The notes under the pieces were generated by a model. That model was given only the letters and a program-made list of their open reading frames with translations. It was not told where the DNA came from and ran no database searches. The translations under genes were made by a program, and so were the position numbers. From positions 45,578 through 109,577 of the IMG/VR virus record IMGVR_UViG_3300032304_003098: 64,000 bases of DNA. One strand, given 5' to 3'. Shown here piece after piece: positions 27,393 through 37,540 of the stretch; the first letter of the stretch is position 1; every line of letters begins with the position of its first letter. This stretch comes from a virus.

Positions 27393-28553
27393 ATGAAATC
27401 AAAAAAAATTTCTATCGAAACCACAGGTTTCAACTGGGATATTCCCAACAATTTCACGGTTAATTCTAAATTCAAAACCGCAGAAAAAACCAAAGTTTAT
27501 TGTCACGAGAGTTACGCTTTGGAATTGTACAATCTCATGGTAAGCAACATGATGGGGTTGAATGTCTCTAAAGATTTAACACCAGGTGTTTCTTACTCTT
27601 GTGTCATCTCCGCTTCGGATGCAACACACGCATTGGCACAAACTTCATCCGGCCAAACCATCTACATCGACCTTAAAAAAGAAAAAAAGGATGCTGATAG
27701 ATTAGGCCTGGGGGAGGTAATCAATTTCGAAGTCGGCAACGAGGTTTCCGCTGTTGTGAGACAAATCTCTGGTACCTATTACGGTTCGGTCGTTGAAAGT
27801 TACACTCAAAATTTGAAAACCGAATTCTTTGATCAAATCAAAAAGGAAACTCTGGCTTACGAAGCTAGAGTGGAGTCTATCAATAAAGGAGGATACATTG
27901 TGGATGTTCATGGAATCAAATGTTTCTTACCTGGATCCTTAGCTGCTGCTAATAAGATTACTGACTTTGACGCTTATATTGGCAAAAAGTTTTATGTTAT
28001 GATTGATGGTTACGTGGCAGCAAAAGACATTTTTGTTGTTTCCTACAAAAAGTATTTACAAAGAATCATGGATCATAAAATCCAAGAACTAGATTTGAGT
28101 AAAAAATACAAAGGACATGTAACAGGTACTTCTGCTTTTGGTGTTTTTGTCGAATGGGAAGAAATTTTCACTGGATTAATTCATAAAACTGAATTCGAAA
28201 ATCAAGTTATAACTGGTTTTAATCCTGGAGATGAAATTGAATTTTACATCAAAGAAATTAAAGACGACAATAGATTGACTTTGACCTTTGGAGAACCTTT
28301 AGAAAAAAATAAGTGGTTGTTCGAATTGAAGAAAAGTGTAGAAGAAGGCACAATCGAACCCATGGAAGCTATTGTTAAGCACAAAAGAAAAAATGGAGCC
28401 TTGATTGAAATTGGGGACTCTGGCCAACTAGCACTAGTTCCACAGGAAAAATTGGGCAAAAATTCAAAAAATCTTCAAGCTGGTGACACCATTAGAGTTC
28501 AGGTTTATCAGGTAGATGCCTTAGCAGGAAAAATATTCGCTCGACAAGTTTAA
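27393..28553 (+). CDS. rpsA: ribosomal protein S1-like protein (four S1/OB domains)
   Basis: VESINKGGYIVDVHGIKCFLPGSL, GHVTGTSAFGVFVEW...GLIHKTE, GDEIEFYI and GDTIRVQVYQVD are S1-domain signatures; start moved to ATG 27393. Confidence 0.88.
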   Translation: MKSKKISIETTGFNWDIPNNFTVNSKFKTAEKTKVYCHESYALELYNLMVSNMMGLNVSKDLTPGVSYSCVISASDATHALAQTSSGQTIYIDLKKEKKDADRLGLGEVINFEVGNEVSAVVRQISGTYYGSVVESYTQNLKTEFFDQIKKETLAYEARVESINKGGYIVDVHGIKCFLPGSLAAANKITDFDAYIGKKFYVMIDGYVAAKDIFVVSYKKYLQRIMDHKIQELDLSKKYKGHVTGTSAFGVFVEWEEIFTGLIHKTEFENQVITGFNPGDEIEFYIKEIKDDNRLTLTFGEPLEKNKWLFELKKSVEEGTIEPMEAIVKHKRKNGALIEIGDSGQLALVPQEKLGKNSKNLQAGDTIRVQVYQVDALAGKIFARQV

Positions 28554-29944
28554 TGAACTCACATTTTGACAAATACCAGGCTCTCTCTTCTGCCATTCTC
28601 GGATTTGAATTTGAATTCTTTTCCGAGATGGTTAGAGGCCGAATTGTCGAGTCTTTGTCTAAATTATTGAACAAAAAAGTCGTTTTATCTGACAAGTACC
28701 ACTCCAAAATTCCAGTCAGCGCCAATAGCTTCAAGTTGGAACCCGATTATTCAGGAGGCAGTAAAATGAACGAACTCGTCACAGGTCCTATGCCTTATGG
28801 GGAAGCTATGCCTGTGTTAATTAAGATTTTGAAATGGATTGAGTCCAACGGTTGGACCAACGATCATTGTGCATTTCAATTTTCAATTTCATTTGATCCC
28901 ACTAATCGGGAATTGGAAAAAATGGAAAGATTAGACCGCCTGAAGTTTATCTTGGGTATTGACGAGGGAATTGTGTATTCTTCTTTTGGAAATCGAACCA
29001 ACAATGTGTATGCTAAATCTCTAAAAAAGATTGTTCCAGCCAATAAATTTTCTATTTTAGAAAATATCACCAGCATAGATCCCAAACTTTTCAAATTGCC
29101 AGGCGAGAAATATTATGGAGCCAATTTCACCAAATTGCAAGACGGATATGTTGAAATACGCTATCTTGGAGGCAAGGATTACCAAAAGAAAATTGGACCT
29201 ATTTTAGAAGTCACAGATTACGTTACACTGTTGTTACATGACATTTTATCCGGTAAAAAAGGATATGGTCAAGGTGATGTGGAAAAGTTACAGGAGATGA
29301 TGAGACAGCACACAAAAGTGGTCAGAAGCTTCTCAAATCCAGATTCTTTCTTTGTAAATTATCCAGATTTCCACGTGTTGGTCGATTTGAAGGGTTACGA
29401 AGAAAACATCAAAACTTATTGGTCACACATCAGAGAAAAAATTTTCGACCTTATTGTGGAAGGTGGAATAAACTCTTGTTTCTTCAATTATGATACCTCG
29501 ATTGGGCGGTTCCAGATCAAGGATGCTAAAAGTAAAAATGGTCTGATTCTGAAAGACATTGATATTTTCGATAGCGTAGTAAAAAATGGAAAATTATCAA
29601 ATTGTAATTTATACGGAACTCAGGTTAAAAATTCAGAGTTGTATGATTGCAAACTTGTTTTTGGTAACAAACTTTTCGAAAGCAAATTTCAAAATTCAAT
29701 TGCAGACTATGGTAACCTATTGGAGAATTGTTATATAGATTGTCCTCAACAAATGGTAGACTGTGAAGTTAAAGGCGGAGTGTTAAGGAAAGCAGATTTG
29801 GGTAGAAATTCGCTCATTTCAGAACAAACTGAAAAGGTGAAAGATTTCAATGAAATCAGAACAAGTCGTTTTATTTCCGATTCTAGATTGAAAAATTTGA
29901 ACAACCCAATCACCAAGATTAAATTCAAAAATATCAACTACTAA
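28553..29944 (+). CDS. amidoligase (COOH-NH2 ligase)-like protein with C-terminal beta-helix
   Basis: GFEFEF, EPDYSG, ELVTGP, WTNDHC, KYYGANF, VEIRYLGG motifs; pentapeptide-like repeats in the last third. Confidence 0.75.
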   Translation: MNSHFDKYQALSSAILGFEFEFFSEMVRGRIVESLSKLLNKKVVLSDKYHSKIPVSANSFKLEPDYSGGSKMNELVTGPMPYGEAMPVLIKILKWIESNGWTNDHCAFQFSISFDPTNRELEKMERLDRLKFILGIDEGIVYSSFGNRTNNVYAKSLKKIVPANKFSILENITSIDPKLFKLPGEKYYGANFTKLQDGYVEIRYLGGKDYQKKIGPILEVTDYVTLLLHDILSGKKGYGQGDVEKLQEMMRQHTKVVRSFSNPDSFFVNYPDFHVLVDLKGYEENIKTYWSHIREKIFDLIVEGGINSCFFNYDTSIGRFQIKDAKSKNGLILKDIDIFDSVVKNGKLSNCNLYGTQVKNSELYDCKLVFGNKLFESKFQNSIADYGNLLENCYIDCPQQMVDCEVKGGVLRKADLGRNSLISEQTEKVKDFNEIRTSRFISDSRLKNLNNPITKIKFKNINY

Positions 29945-29945
29945 T

Positions 29946-30731
29946 ATGACTTTAGAAGAATTGATTCAGGAAATTAAGGATGATCTTTCAGCTAGTTGCG
30001 CTTTGCCTTATAATCTCAACGACCAAGAGATCAAAAGAATTATCAATCGTGCTAAGGCCTGGATGTATGACAACTATCAGTATGCAGTCGAAAAAAGGTA
30101 CTTTGTCCTGGGGGGTGCTTTCTTCCAAACCCCTCAATTTAGAAACACCAGACAGGTTCAACTCCCAGATAAGATTGTCACAGTTTTCGATGTGAGAGAA
30201 ACCAACGGGAATGGAATTTCTGGCAACCCAGACAAAGATTTCGGAGATTCAAAGTTGATTGGTTCCGAACTCCTGCTTTCTCCTTTTACTGGGGACAATC
30301 TGGTTTATAGAACTGTAATGTATTCTTATTTTGATTTGGCTAAGGCTTATCTTCTGCCAACTTACGCTTTCAGTTGGAATAAAAACACCAAAAAATTAAC
30401 CATTCTGGGTAGAGATCCAACTCCCCCCATTAGGTCGTCTTCTCCCCAAAGTAACGCTGGCGGTTACAATTTGACACAGTCTGTAGTTGTCAGTTGCTAC
30501 GTGGCAATCGAGGATTATGAATTATACAATGATGAACTTTTTATTCGATATTGTTTTGCTAAAGCCAAACAATCTTTAGTAAAAGTATTGAGTGCGTTCG
30601 ATTATAACCTACCCGGAGGCGTAAGAGTGAACACTTCCACTTTGTCACAAGAAGCTTCTACCGAATTACAGGAGGTGATGGCTATGATTAATGGCGAAAA
30701 CACGCCATCTTATTTTTTGCAGTGGTCGTGA
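29946..30731 (+). CDS. gp13: neck / head-completion protein (T4 gp13-like)
   Basis: FIRYCFAKAK...LPGGVRVN C-terminal signature; size and position fit. Confidence 0.8.
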   Translation: MTLEELIQEIKDDLSASCALPYNLNDQEIKRIINRAKAWMYDNYQYAVEKRYFVLGGAFFQTPQFRNTRQVQLPDKIVTVFDVRETNGNGISGNPDKDFGDSKLIGSELLLSPFTGDNLVYRTVMYSYFDLAKAYLLPTYAFSWNKNTKKLTILGRDPTPPIRSSSPQSNAGGYNLTQSVVVSCYVAIEDYELYNDELFIRYCFAKAKQSLVKVLSAFDYNLPGGVRVNTSTLSQEASTELQEVMAMINGENTPSYFLQWS

Positions 30732-30785
30732 AAAATATACATTTTTCATTCCAGATTTTCCAATTTTTCCTTCTTATTTTACCTG

Positions 30786-30793
30786 GATATATA
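30786..30793 (+). promoter_or_regulatory. putative late promoter GATATATA
   Basis: 19 nt before ATG 30813. Confidence 0.65.
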
Positions 30794-30812
30794 ATGGGAA
30801 AGCAATTTTTCC

Positions 30813-31184
30813 ATGATAGAAATTTACAATCGAGATCCAGGAGATCCTTTTTATAAATCCGATGTTTTAGAAACAACAGATCCGATCGAAATTTGCATCG
30901 GTCAACTTAAAATGTTGTTACTAACGATCAAAGGAGAGGTACTTGGAGATCCCTCTTTTGGTTTAAGTTTAGAGGAATTGGTTTTTAGCCAAGAGCTTTC
31001 ACAAAAAACACTCACTGACGAAATTGCCAGGCAAATCAAAAATTATGTGCCTATTTTCTATCAATTGAATGGCTATTTCAATGTTGAATTTTATGCTGGC
31101 ACAGAAAGAGATATTGTCTATCTAAATTTCTTTATTCCAAGCTACGGTGGCAAAAGTCCCCTGGTTTCCCTGAAAGTAACTTAA
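30813..31184 (+). CDS. gp25: baseplate wedge / sheath initiator (T4 gp25-like)
   Basis: LLLTIKGEVLGDPSFGLSLEELVF matches the gp25 T-x-x-GE...P-x-FG motif. Confidence 0.85.
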   Translation: MIEIYNRDPGDPFYKSDVLETTDPIEICIGQLKMLLLTIKGEVLGDPSFGLSLEELVFSQELSQKTLTDEIARQIKNYVPIFYQLNGYFNVEFYAGTERDIVYLNFFIPSYGGKSPLVSLKVT

Positions 31185-31188
31185 AAGT

Positions 31189-32919
31189 ATGTCAACTAAT
31201 ATTTTCCAGAAAAACAATATCCTGATTAGAGGTCTGTTAAACGACACCTACAATTTTCTTCAGAGAACTTACAATCAAACTCGAAATGTGTTTACTGTTG
31301 CCTCTGCCTGGGGTCAAATTCTTTTTGTGTTGGAAAATATTTCTCAGCTGATTTTATACTTTATCGAGGATTCAATCACAGAATTAAACATTTATCAGGC
31401 CAGCCGGGACTATTCCATCAAAAGTTTAGCCCGGATTGCTGGTTATGATCCCGCAAGAGGCATGGCTGCTCAAGGAGAAGTTGCTATCACCTGGAATTTG
31501 AGAGAATCTGATGTGGCTGGAGGAGCAGTGATTTTGTCTGGCAGACCTAAAATACAATGTGAACAAAATGGATTAATTTACACTCTGTTACTGAATGGAC
31601 CTTCGGTTAAAGTTCCTTTAAATAGAGGGGCTACCTTCAATTTTAAGATTGTACAAGGGGCTTTTCAAACATCTACTTTTACTGGAACTGGAGCAGCTTT
31701 ACAAAGTTATAATGTCATATCAAAATCTGGAACTTTAATAGACCAATTTTACGTTGATATTTCAGTCAACGATGTGCCATGGAAAAAATATTTTTCTTTG
31801 TATGATATTCCTTTGAATGCTAGAGGCTATCTGGTTAAATCCGGGATTTCTGAAGGAATTGATATTTATTTTGGGAATGGAAATTTTGGACAACCCCCAT
31901 TAAGAGGAAGTATTATCAAAGCTGAATATCTTCAAACAAGCGGATTTAGTGGCAACATTGCCTCTAGAAAAGATTTGCAATTGACCTATCGATTTATGGA
32001 TACTGGCACAGATCTATTTGGTAAAGAGGTTAATTTAAACACGTATCTTACAATTTTAGGAGTGCTGGATCCATCTTTTGGCAGTGATCCAGAACCCATT
32101 GAATTAACTCGTTTGGTCGCACCCAAAACTTCTAGAGCCTTTGTGTTTGCTAACTCGGAGAACTATGAAATTTATTTACAAAGATTTAACATTTTCTCTC
32201 AGATCCATGCATTCACCACTTATGGAGATGATTTTTTAGATGATGATAACGTTATTTATCTTTTCCTGGTACCCGATGTATCGATTAATATTTTGAGTGG
32301 TCAGGATTATTTTGACGTGCCGGCAGAAAATTTCGTTTTAACCACTGCTCAGAAGCTTTCGATTTTAAATTTATTGGAAGATTCCGGACAAATGATTGCC
32401 ACAACTGTTGTGAAAATTTTAGATCCGGAAATTCAAAACTTCGTTGGAAATCTAGTTTTGTCTATTTTCGAAGGTTATGACCCAGAAATTATCAAGGACA
32501 AAGCTCGTAGTTCTATTGCTGAGTATTTCTTAAATTTGAAAAGAAGAGATAGAATTCCAAAATCGGACATCATTGCTATTGTTGAAGCAATTGAGGGGGT
32601 TGATTCCGTTTCTTTTTATTTTGTGGGTCAGACCAACGAAGAATATCACACCGCGGTTGATAAACTACCTAATGTTAGTACGGCTCAATTAAATCGTCAA
32701 ATTGGTTTAGACGAGTTTGGCGACGTTATAATTAACACAGGAGAATTGGTTTTGATAAGAGGTGGTTGGACGGATAGGTATGGCACGTATTACGAGGTCG
32801 GCATTGTACCAGGTAAACCATCCGCTTTGAATATTGTGATTTCTTCAATCAATCCTAGAACCCTCTCAAATCAATTAAGCTTGGAGCAAAGAGCAAAAAT
32901 CATAGCTCAAAATCAGTAG
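31189..32919 (+). CDS. gp6: baseplate wedge protein (T4 gp6 / baseplate J-like)
   Basis: SIKSLARIAGYDP, IYFGNGNFG, YLQTSG..GN, GSDPE, ENYEIYL motifs. Confidence 0.88.
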   Translation: MSTNIFQKNNILIRGLLNDTYNFLQRTYNQTRNVFTVASAWGQILFVLENISQLILYFIEDSITELNIYQASRDYSIKSLARIAGYDPARGMAAQGEVAITWNLRESDVAGGAVILSGRPKIQCEQNGLIYTLLLNGPSVKVPLNRGATFNFKIVQGAFQTSTFTGTGAALQSYNVISKSGTLIDQFYVDISVNDVPWKKYFSLYDIPLNARGYLVKSGISEGIDIYFGNGNFGQPPLRGSIIKAEYLQTSGFSGNIASRKDLQLTYRFMDTGTDLFGKEVNLNTYLTILGVLDPSFGSDPEPIELTRLVAPKTSRAFVFANSENYEIYLQRFNIFSQIHAFTTYGDDFLDDDNVIYLFLVPDVSINILSGQDYFDVPAENFVLTTAQKLSILNLLEDSGQMIATTVVKILDPEIQNFVGNLVLSIFEGYDPEIIKDKARSSIAEYFLNLKRRDRIPKSDIIAIVEAIEGVDSVSFYFVGQTNEEYHTAVDKLPNVSTAQLNRQIGLDEFGDVIINTGELVLIRGGWTDRYGTYYEVGIVPGKPSALNIVISSINPRTLSNQLSLEQRAKIIAQNQ

Positions 32920-32922
32920 GCT

Positions 32923-33453
32923 ATGGCACAAGATTTTTCCCCTAATTTTCCTCAAAATACAGTTAATTCTTATACTGTAAGTGGAGTAAAGTTCAAATCC
33001 TCAACTCCTGCGTTTGAAACTAATAACGATTTATATTTAACCGTACAACAAGCTGAGCTTAGAGCATATAATTTGGGTTGCACCGGCTATAGAAGCGCTA
33101 TTACAAATTCTGTGGGTCAAATTCAATATGCACCTTGTTCTTCAATCAGCACTTATCAAATGATAATGAGTCAAATGACACCTGCCAATAGTCCCAGAAG
33201 ATGGTATACCTTTGACCCCACCGAAAATATAAATGATCTTCAGTCCTCCATCAATAATTTTGGCTACGAGGGATTTGATTATAAAAATCAAATCTTTGAA
33301 AGAACAATGTCTAATCTTTTATTTCGGGATCCCACTAAAAATCTAATTTTAGAATATTTTCAAAGAGTTGTGTTTGCTTTAATTGAAAGTGTTAAACAAA
33401 TTAAAAACTACTTCAATTACACCGTACCTTTTAATAACAGAAAAGTGTTTTAA
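32923..33453 (+). CDS. hypothetical baseplate-associated protein
   Basis: Lies between the gp6-like and gp7-like genes, in frame with both. Confidence 0.7.
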   Translation: MAQDFSPNFPQNTVNSYTVSGVKFKSSTPAFETNNDLYLTVQQAELRAYNLGCTGYRSAITNSVGQIQYAPCSSISTYQMIMSQMTPANSPRRWYTFDPTENINDLQSSINNFGYEGFDYKNQIFERTMSNLLFRDPTKNLILEYFQRVVFALIESVKQIKNYFNYTVPFNNRKVF

Positions 33454-33456
33454 TTT

Positions 33457-36400
33457 ATGACCAGTCAAGATCTTAAGTTTTTTAATAAAAGAGGAGAACC
33501 TCTAAATTTTGAGTATGTTGGTCCAACTGCGTCAGGTCCTTTGGCTGCTGTCTTTAATTTTTTATCTGACCCCACAACAAACACGCCGTCCTCAGGGTTT
33601 ATGTCCTTGCAGGATTTGAATTCCAATTTAGTTTATCTTAGTGTTACCGACCAGAGCGGATTTTCAATTATTCCCTGGTTTAATTCTATTGTTACATCTT
33701 TAAGCCAAGGCACCAGGGTGGTGTTAACCTTCACTTATTATCCTGCCCAAACCTTAATGTGTGTGATTTCGTCTGCAAGTTTAAGTGGAGGGGTTATAAC
33801 TTTGGTTATTTCTCAAGTTATTGGATCTCCTTTTATATCGGGCGGAACTCCAGTTTCTTGTGACACCAAATATGAAAATTTAGCGGGAGGTTATTTTAGA
33901 GGAACTGTTTTCTTTGATGAGGTATCTGCAGGTTTATATGAGAATGAACAACTTTTTATCGTTCAACAGTTTAAAGACACATCAACCAATCAAATTTTTA
34001 TAGGGTTCCCACACACTGGCGCGACCGGATCCGCCAATCCTCCACTTTGGAGGAGCAGATGGGAAAATTCTACTTATGGAGATGTGGATGTATCAAATAT
34101 AATTTTCACCTACCAGATTGTAGAAAATGATCCAGAATTAAACGGACTGCCTTCGATTTTAAATTTTCAAAATTTATCTTATCCGGTTATTCAAAATCCA
34201 AGCGATGTTTATGCCAATGGATATATTCAAACCCCCGAAGCTGGAACTCCCTCTAGAGCGATGCAAATTAACGTTGGGATTAATTCCAACGACGTTGCTT
34301 CTAATATTTACGAAAGAAAATTAATTTTAGAAGATATCACTTATGGATTAGAATCTCCTTATAAAATTGCGGAGATTTTATTCTATGGTCAGATCATCGG
34401 TGAAGATTCGCGGTTAGATGTTTTAACTCAAAATTTAGGACGTGCTTTTTTCGGTTCAGATTCCGTTATTTTAAAAAATCACGATCCCAACGAAATTCTA
34501 CCTAACTACGTTGAAATCAACGAAAAAAGAAAAGAACTTATGGTTGCGGGGGAGGATATTTTTCCCTATATAGGCAGCTACAAAGGATTGATCGGAGCGT
34601 TAAAATTTTTCGGGTATCAGGATCTCCGAATTAAAGAGTATTGGTTAAATTTAAATTTCGATAGGGTAAAATTACAACCTTTACAACAAAACCAAGAATT
34701 TCTGGACAATTATGGTAACACTTTATTTCCTAATCAACAATCTTTAATTGCAGATGTTTTAGACAACCCTAATTCTGGAAAATATCGATTGGTGCAAACC
34801 TATGGTCCCAACGAGGAAGGTGAATATGTGTTGGATGTTTCCGGAGAACAGACTTTAGTACCCAGTCGAACCTACAAGAAAACTGCTTTATTTGGATTGT
34901 ATTATGATATTATCAGAGCTAATGATGAGTTGGACCCCTATGGATATCCTATCACACAAGAAACTTTCGCTTTTACCCAAGAAGAAGTTCTCCTGAAACT
35001 ATTTGCTTTAAAAGAAAGACTGAAGCAATCTTATCTTCCTTTAAATGCTAGAATCGTAGACATCACTGGGGAAGGTATTTATTTTAACGTTTACAATACG
35101 AAAGAATGGACAGATTTTCTGGATCGCAGCGATATAGAATCTGGGAACAATGTTGATTTTATTTCAAATCCGGATTTTGGATTTATTGAGGATCTAAGAG
35201 CATTTGGTATTAGGCAAGATCCCTACAGTATTCAGGCTCCCATGAATTATAACGATGTTATAGAAATTGATGTGACCGTGGCAGGCCCCTCCGGCAACGT
35301 TTTTCGTTTTGCTGGAGCTTCTGGGACTCCAACTTTTTTATTTGGTGCAACTGGGGATAATCCAACTTTCAATTTAAACTTGGGTAAAACTTACAATTTT
35401 AATTTGTTAACACCGGGTTATGATTTTTACCTAACAACCCAATCAAATTTAACCCAGATAGATCCTTTGGGTGTTCAAAACAATGGTGCTTCTGGGGGTA
35501 CGGTTGTTTTAAATGTTAATCCACAAGAACAAAGTAATTTATATTATTATTCATCGGTTAACACAAATTCTTTGAATGGACAAATAACTCTCTCCCCTAG
35601 TTCTATTTCCGATTTTGGTAATTTAGTCCCACCTCTATTTAACAATCAAAAGTACACGGGAGAACAAAATTTGTCGATGCAAACCGCAATTTCAAACTTC
35701 TACTACTTCAAAGAGAATGGATTGCTTAAATTTTTAGGCGACTCAGCGCAGGATCCGATTCAATTTATAGATCCTTCAACAGGTGAGACGTATGCCAATC
35801 CAATTGGTATGCCTTTAATTTTAGAATTTTTAGTGGATCGCTGGATTTGGGATGAAATGGGCCAATCCTGGGATTCTATGTCACTGCCTACTTTTACCTC
35901 CCAACCCACCGCTTTAACTTGGGACACAATTGATTTTTCAGCTTATAATGAAATCGAGTGGATCATAGAAAAATCACAAAATCAAGTTGGATCTGGTTAC
36001 TATTATTCTTTCCGAGGGAACGTGCTAGATTATTATAAACTTGCTCATTTTTTACCATTTACTGGTCAATATAATGTTACTTGTTTAGTGTACGACTCCT
36101 TTAATTTTGTGAACCGCAAAATTAAGAAAACAGCTGTTACAGTTTCACCAAAAGAAATTACTTTGGATGCATGGACTCGTTATAGAGAAAATGAACTTTA
36201 TATCTGGGACCAAACCATTCGTAGCTGGGACGATTATCAATCGATTTGGGAATATCCTGCAGAGGGTAAAACTTTCGATGAACTTTCCAAAGAAATCCCG
36301 CCTGAAATTTTAAATTTTGCAGTTTATGGTAATAACGGTAACGAGGGACAAAATCTCCAGGTTTATGCTGAAATCCCTCCGGTAGGAGCTTCGGGAAACT

Positions 36401-37482
36401 TTATCCTCAACCAAGAAATTCTAAATGTAACCAAAGCATACTCTCTGTTCATTTCCGGTTCTCAGTTTGGATTTTTAAATATCTTTACCTCTGTTCCCCA
36501 CAATTACGCAGATGGAACCGGAATTTATTTGAGCGGTTTTATGCCTGAGATAAACTCTCAATGGAATATTTCAATTCCTCCTGGTGCTACGGGATTCTCT
36601 TTCCAAATACCGTATGTGTTAGGACCTACCGCTGGGGTGGGTTTAACCGGGGGTTCTGGCTCAATTTCCGGAGGTACTGCTTATTTTGTTGATCCTACCT
36701 ATTGGACCAACCAAAAGGTAACTAGCACGGGATCCATCACAGTTTCAATCAATAATCGAGTCGTGGGGGCAACGTCTTCCGGAGCTAATTTGCAGTCTAC
36801 GGTTAATTCCATAGTACAAGAAATAAATTCATTTGTAACCCAACCAGATTACTTTGCACAAACTTTTGCCCCTAATGCGATCCCAGCCTCTGTGAATGTG
36901 ACGACAGACACGAACACAGGCAATATCGGCAACGGAGATACTTTGAACGTAAGTGTAACCGGATCCTTACAGCTAGTATCGGCAGACCCAGCTCTTTCCG
37001 GAGGATCTACTGGCTCTGCTTCTTATGTTGCCTGGAGTCCTTTAACGGGAGGATTCCCCGTTGAAGCTTTGAAATACTATGGCACCAAAAATCTGACTTG
37101 GGATACGTTCAACGAATCTATTTGGGACGAGGCTTACGCTCATGGATGGTATGATTTTGAATACCAAAACGGATGGCTAGGAGGATTTGAGATTCATTCG
37201 GTTCAGGTTGGAGACAACATTAAAATTAGCACAGGCAATGAAACATTTCCTTTCCCGACGGGAGTCACTTTTTCGGGGGGTGGAAATCTGATCCTTTCTC
37301 AAGCAGCTAGTCAGCTAAATGATTCTTTGGATCCTAATATCACCAATTTCTATTACCGTGTGATGCCTTCTTCAGCCGGGAATGAACCCACAATCAGTGG
37401 TCCCACACAGACTCAGTTTACATCCTTTTCTGTCTACGTTGTTACCCAGCCTGCTCCACCAACTGTTTTAACCCCTTGTTAA
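33457..37482 (+). CDS. large baseplate wedge protein (T4 gp7-like) with Trp-rich repeats and Ig/PKD-like domains
   Basis: YIGSYKGLIGALKFFGY...IKEYW wedge motif; follows the gp6-like gene; WIWDE..WD repeats. Confidence 0.65.
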   Translation: MTSQDLKFFNKRGEPLNFEYVGPTASGPLAAVFNFLSDPTTNTPSSGFMSLQDLNSNLVYLSVTDQSGFSIIPWFNSIVTSLSQGTRVVLTFTYYPAQTLMCVISSASLSGGVITLVISQVIGSPFISGGTPVSCDTKYENLAGGYFRGTVFFDEVSAGLYENEQLFIVQQFKDTSTNQIFIGFPHTGATGSANPPLWRSRWENSTYGDVDVSNIIFTYQIVENDPELNGLPSILNFQNLSYPVIQNPSDVYANGYIQTPEAGTPSRAMQINVGINSNDVASNIYERKLILEDITYGLESPYKIAEILFYGQIIGEDSRLDVLTQNLGRAFFGSDSVILKNHDPNEILPNYVEINEKRKELMVAGEDIFPYIGSYKGLIGALKFFGYQDLRIKEYWLNLNFDRVKLQPLQQNQEFLDNYGNTLFPNQQSLIADVLDNPNSGKYRLVQTYGPNEEGEYVLDVSGEQTLVPSRTYKKTALFGLYYDIIRANDELDPYGYPITQETFAFTQEEVLLKLFALKERLKQSYLPLNARIVDITGEGIYFNVYNTKEWTDFLDRSDIESGNNVDFISNPDFGFIEDLRAFGIRQDPYSIQAPMNYNDVIEIDVTVAGPSGNVFRFAGASGTPTFLFGATGDNPTFNLNLGKTYNFNLLTPGYDFYLTTQSNLTQIDPLGVQNNGASGGTVVLNVNPQEQSNLYYYSSVNTNSLNGQITLSPSSISDFGNLVPPLFNNQKYTGEQNLSMQTAISNFYYFKENGLLKFLGDSAQDPIQFIDPSTGETYANPIGMPLILEFLVDRWIWDEMGQSWDSMSLPTFTSQPTALTWDTIDFSAYNEIEWIIEKSQNQVGSGYYYSFRGNVLDYYKLAHFLPFTGQYNVTCLVYDSFNFVNRKIKKTAVTVSPKEITLDAWTRYRENELYIWDQTIRSWDDYQSIWEYPAEGKTFDELSKEIPPEILNFAVYGNNGNEGQNLQVYAEIPPVGASGNFILNQEILNVTKAYSLFISGSQFGFLNIFTSVPHNYADGTGIYLSGFMPEINSQWNISIPPGATGFSFQIPYVLGPTAGVGLTGGSGSISGGTAYFVDPTYWTNQKVTSTGSITVSINNRVVGATSSGANLQSTVNSIVQEINSFVTQPDYFAQTFAPNAIPASVNVTTDTNTGNIGNGDTLNVSVTGSLQLVSADPALSGGSTGSASYVAWSPLTGGFPVEALKYYGTKNLTWDTFNESIWDEAYAHGWYDFEYQNGWLGGFEIHSVQVGDNIKISTGNETFPFPTGVTFSGGGNLILSQAASQLNDSLDPNITNFYYRVMPSSAGNEPTISGPTQTQFTSFSVYVVTQPAPPTVLTPC

Positions 37483-37515
37483 TATTAAAAAACTTTTCTG
37501 GTTCTTTTTGTTAGT

Positions 37516-37523
37516 AATATATA
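37516..37523 (+). promoter_or_regulatory. putative late promoter AATATATA
   Basis: 17 nt before ATG 37541. Confidence 0.55.
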
Positions 37524-37540
37524 TGAAAAAAATAATTTGA

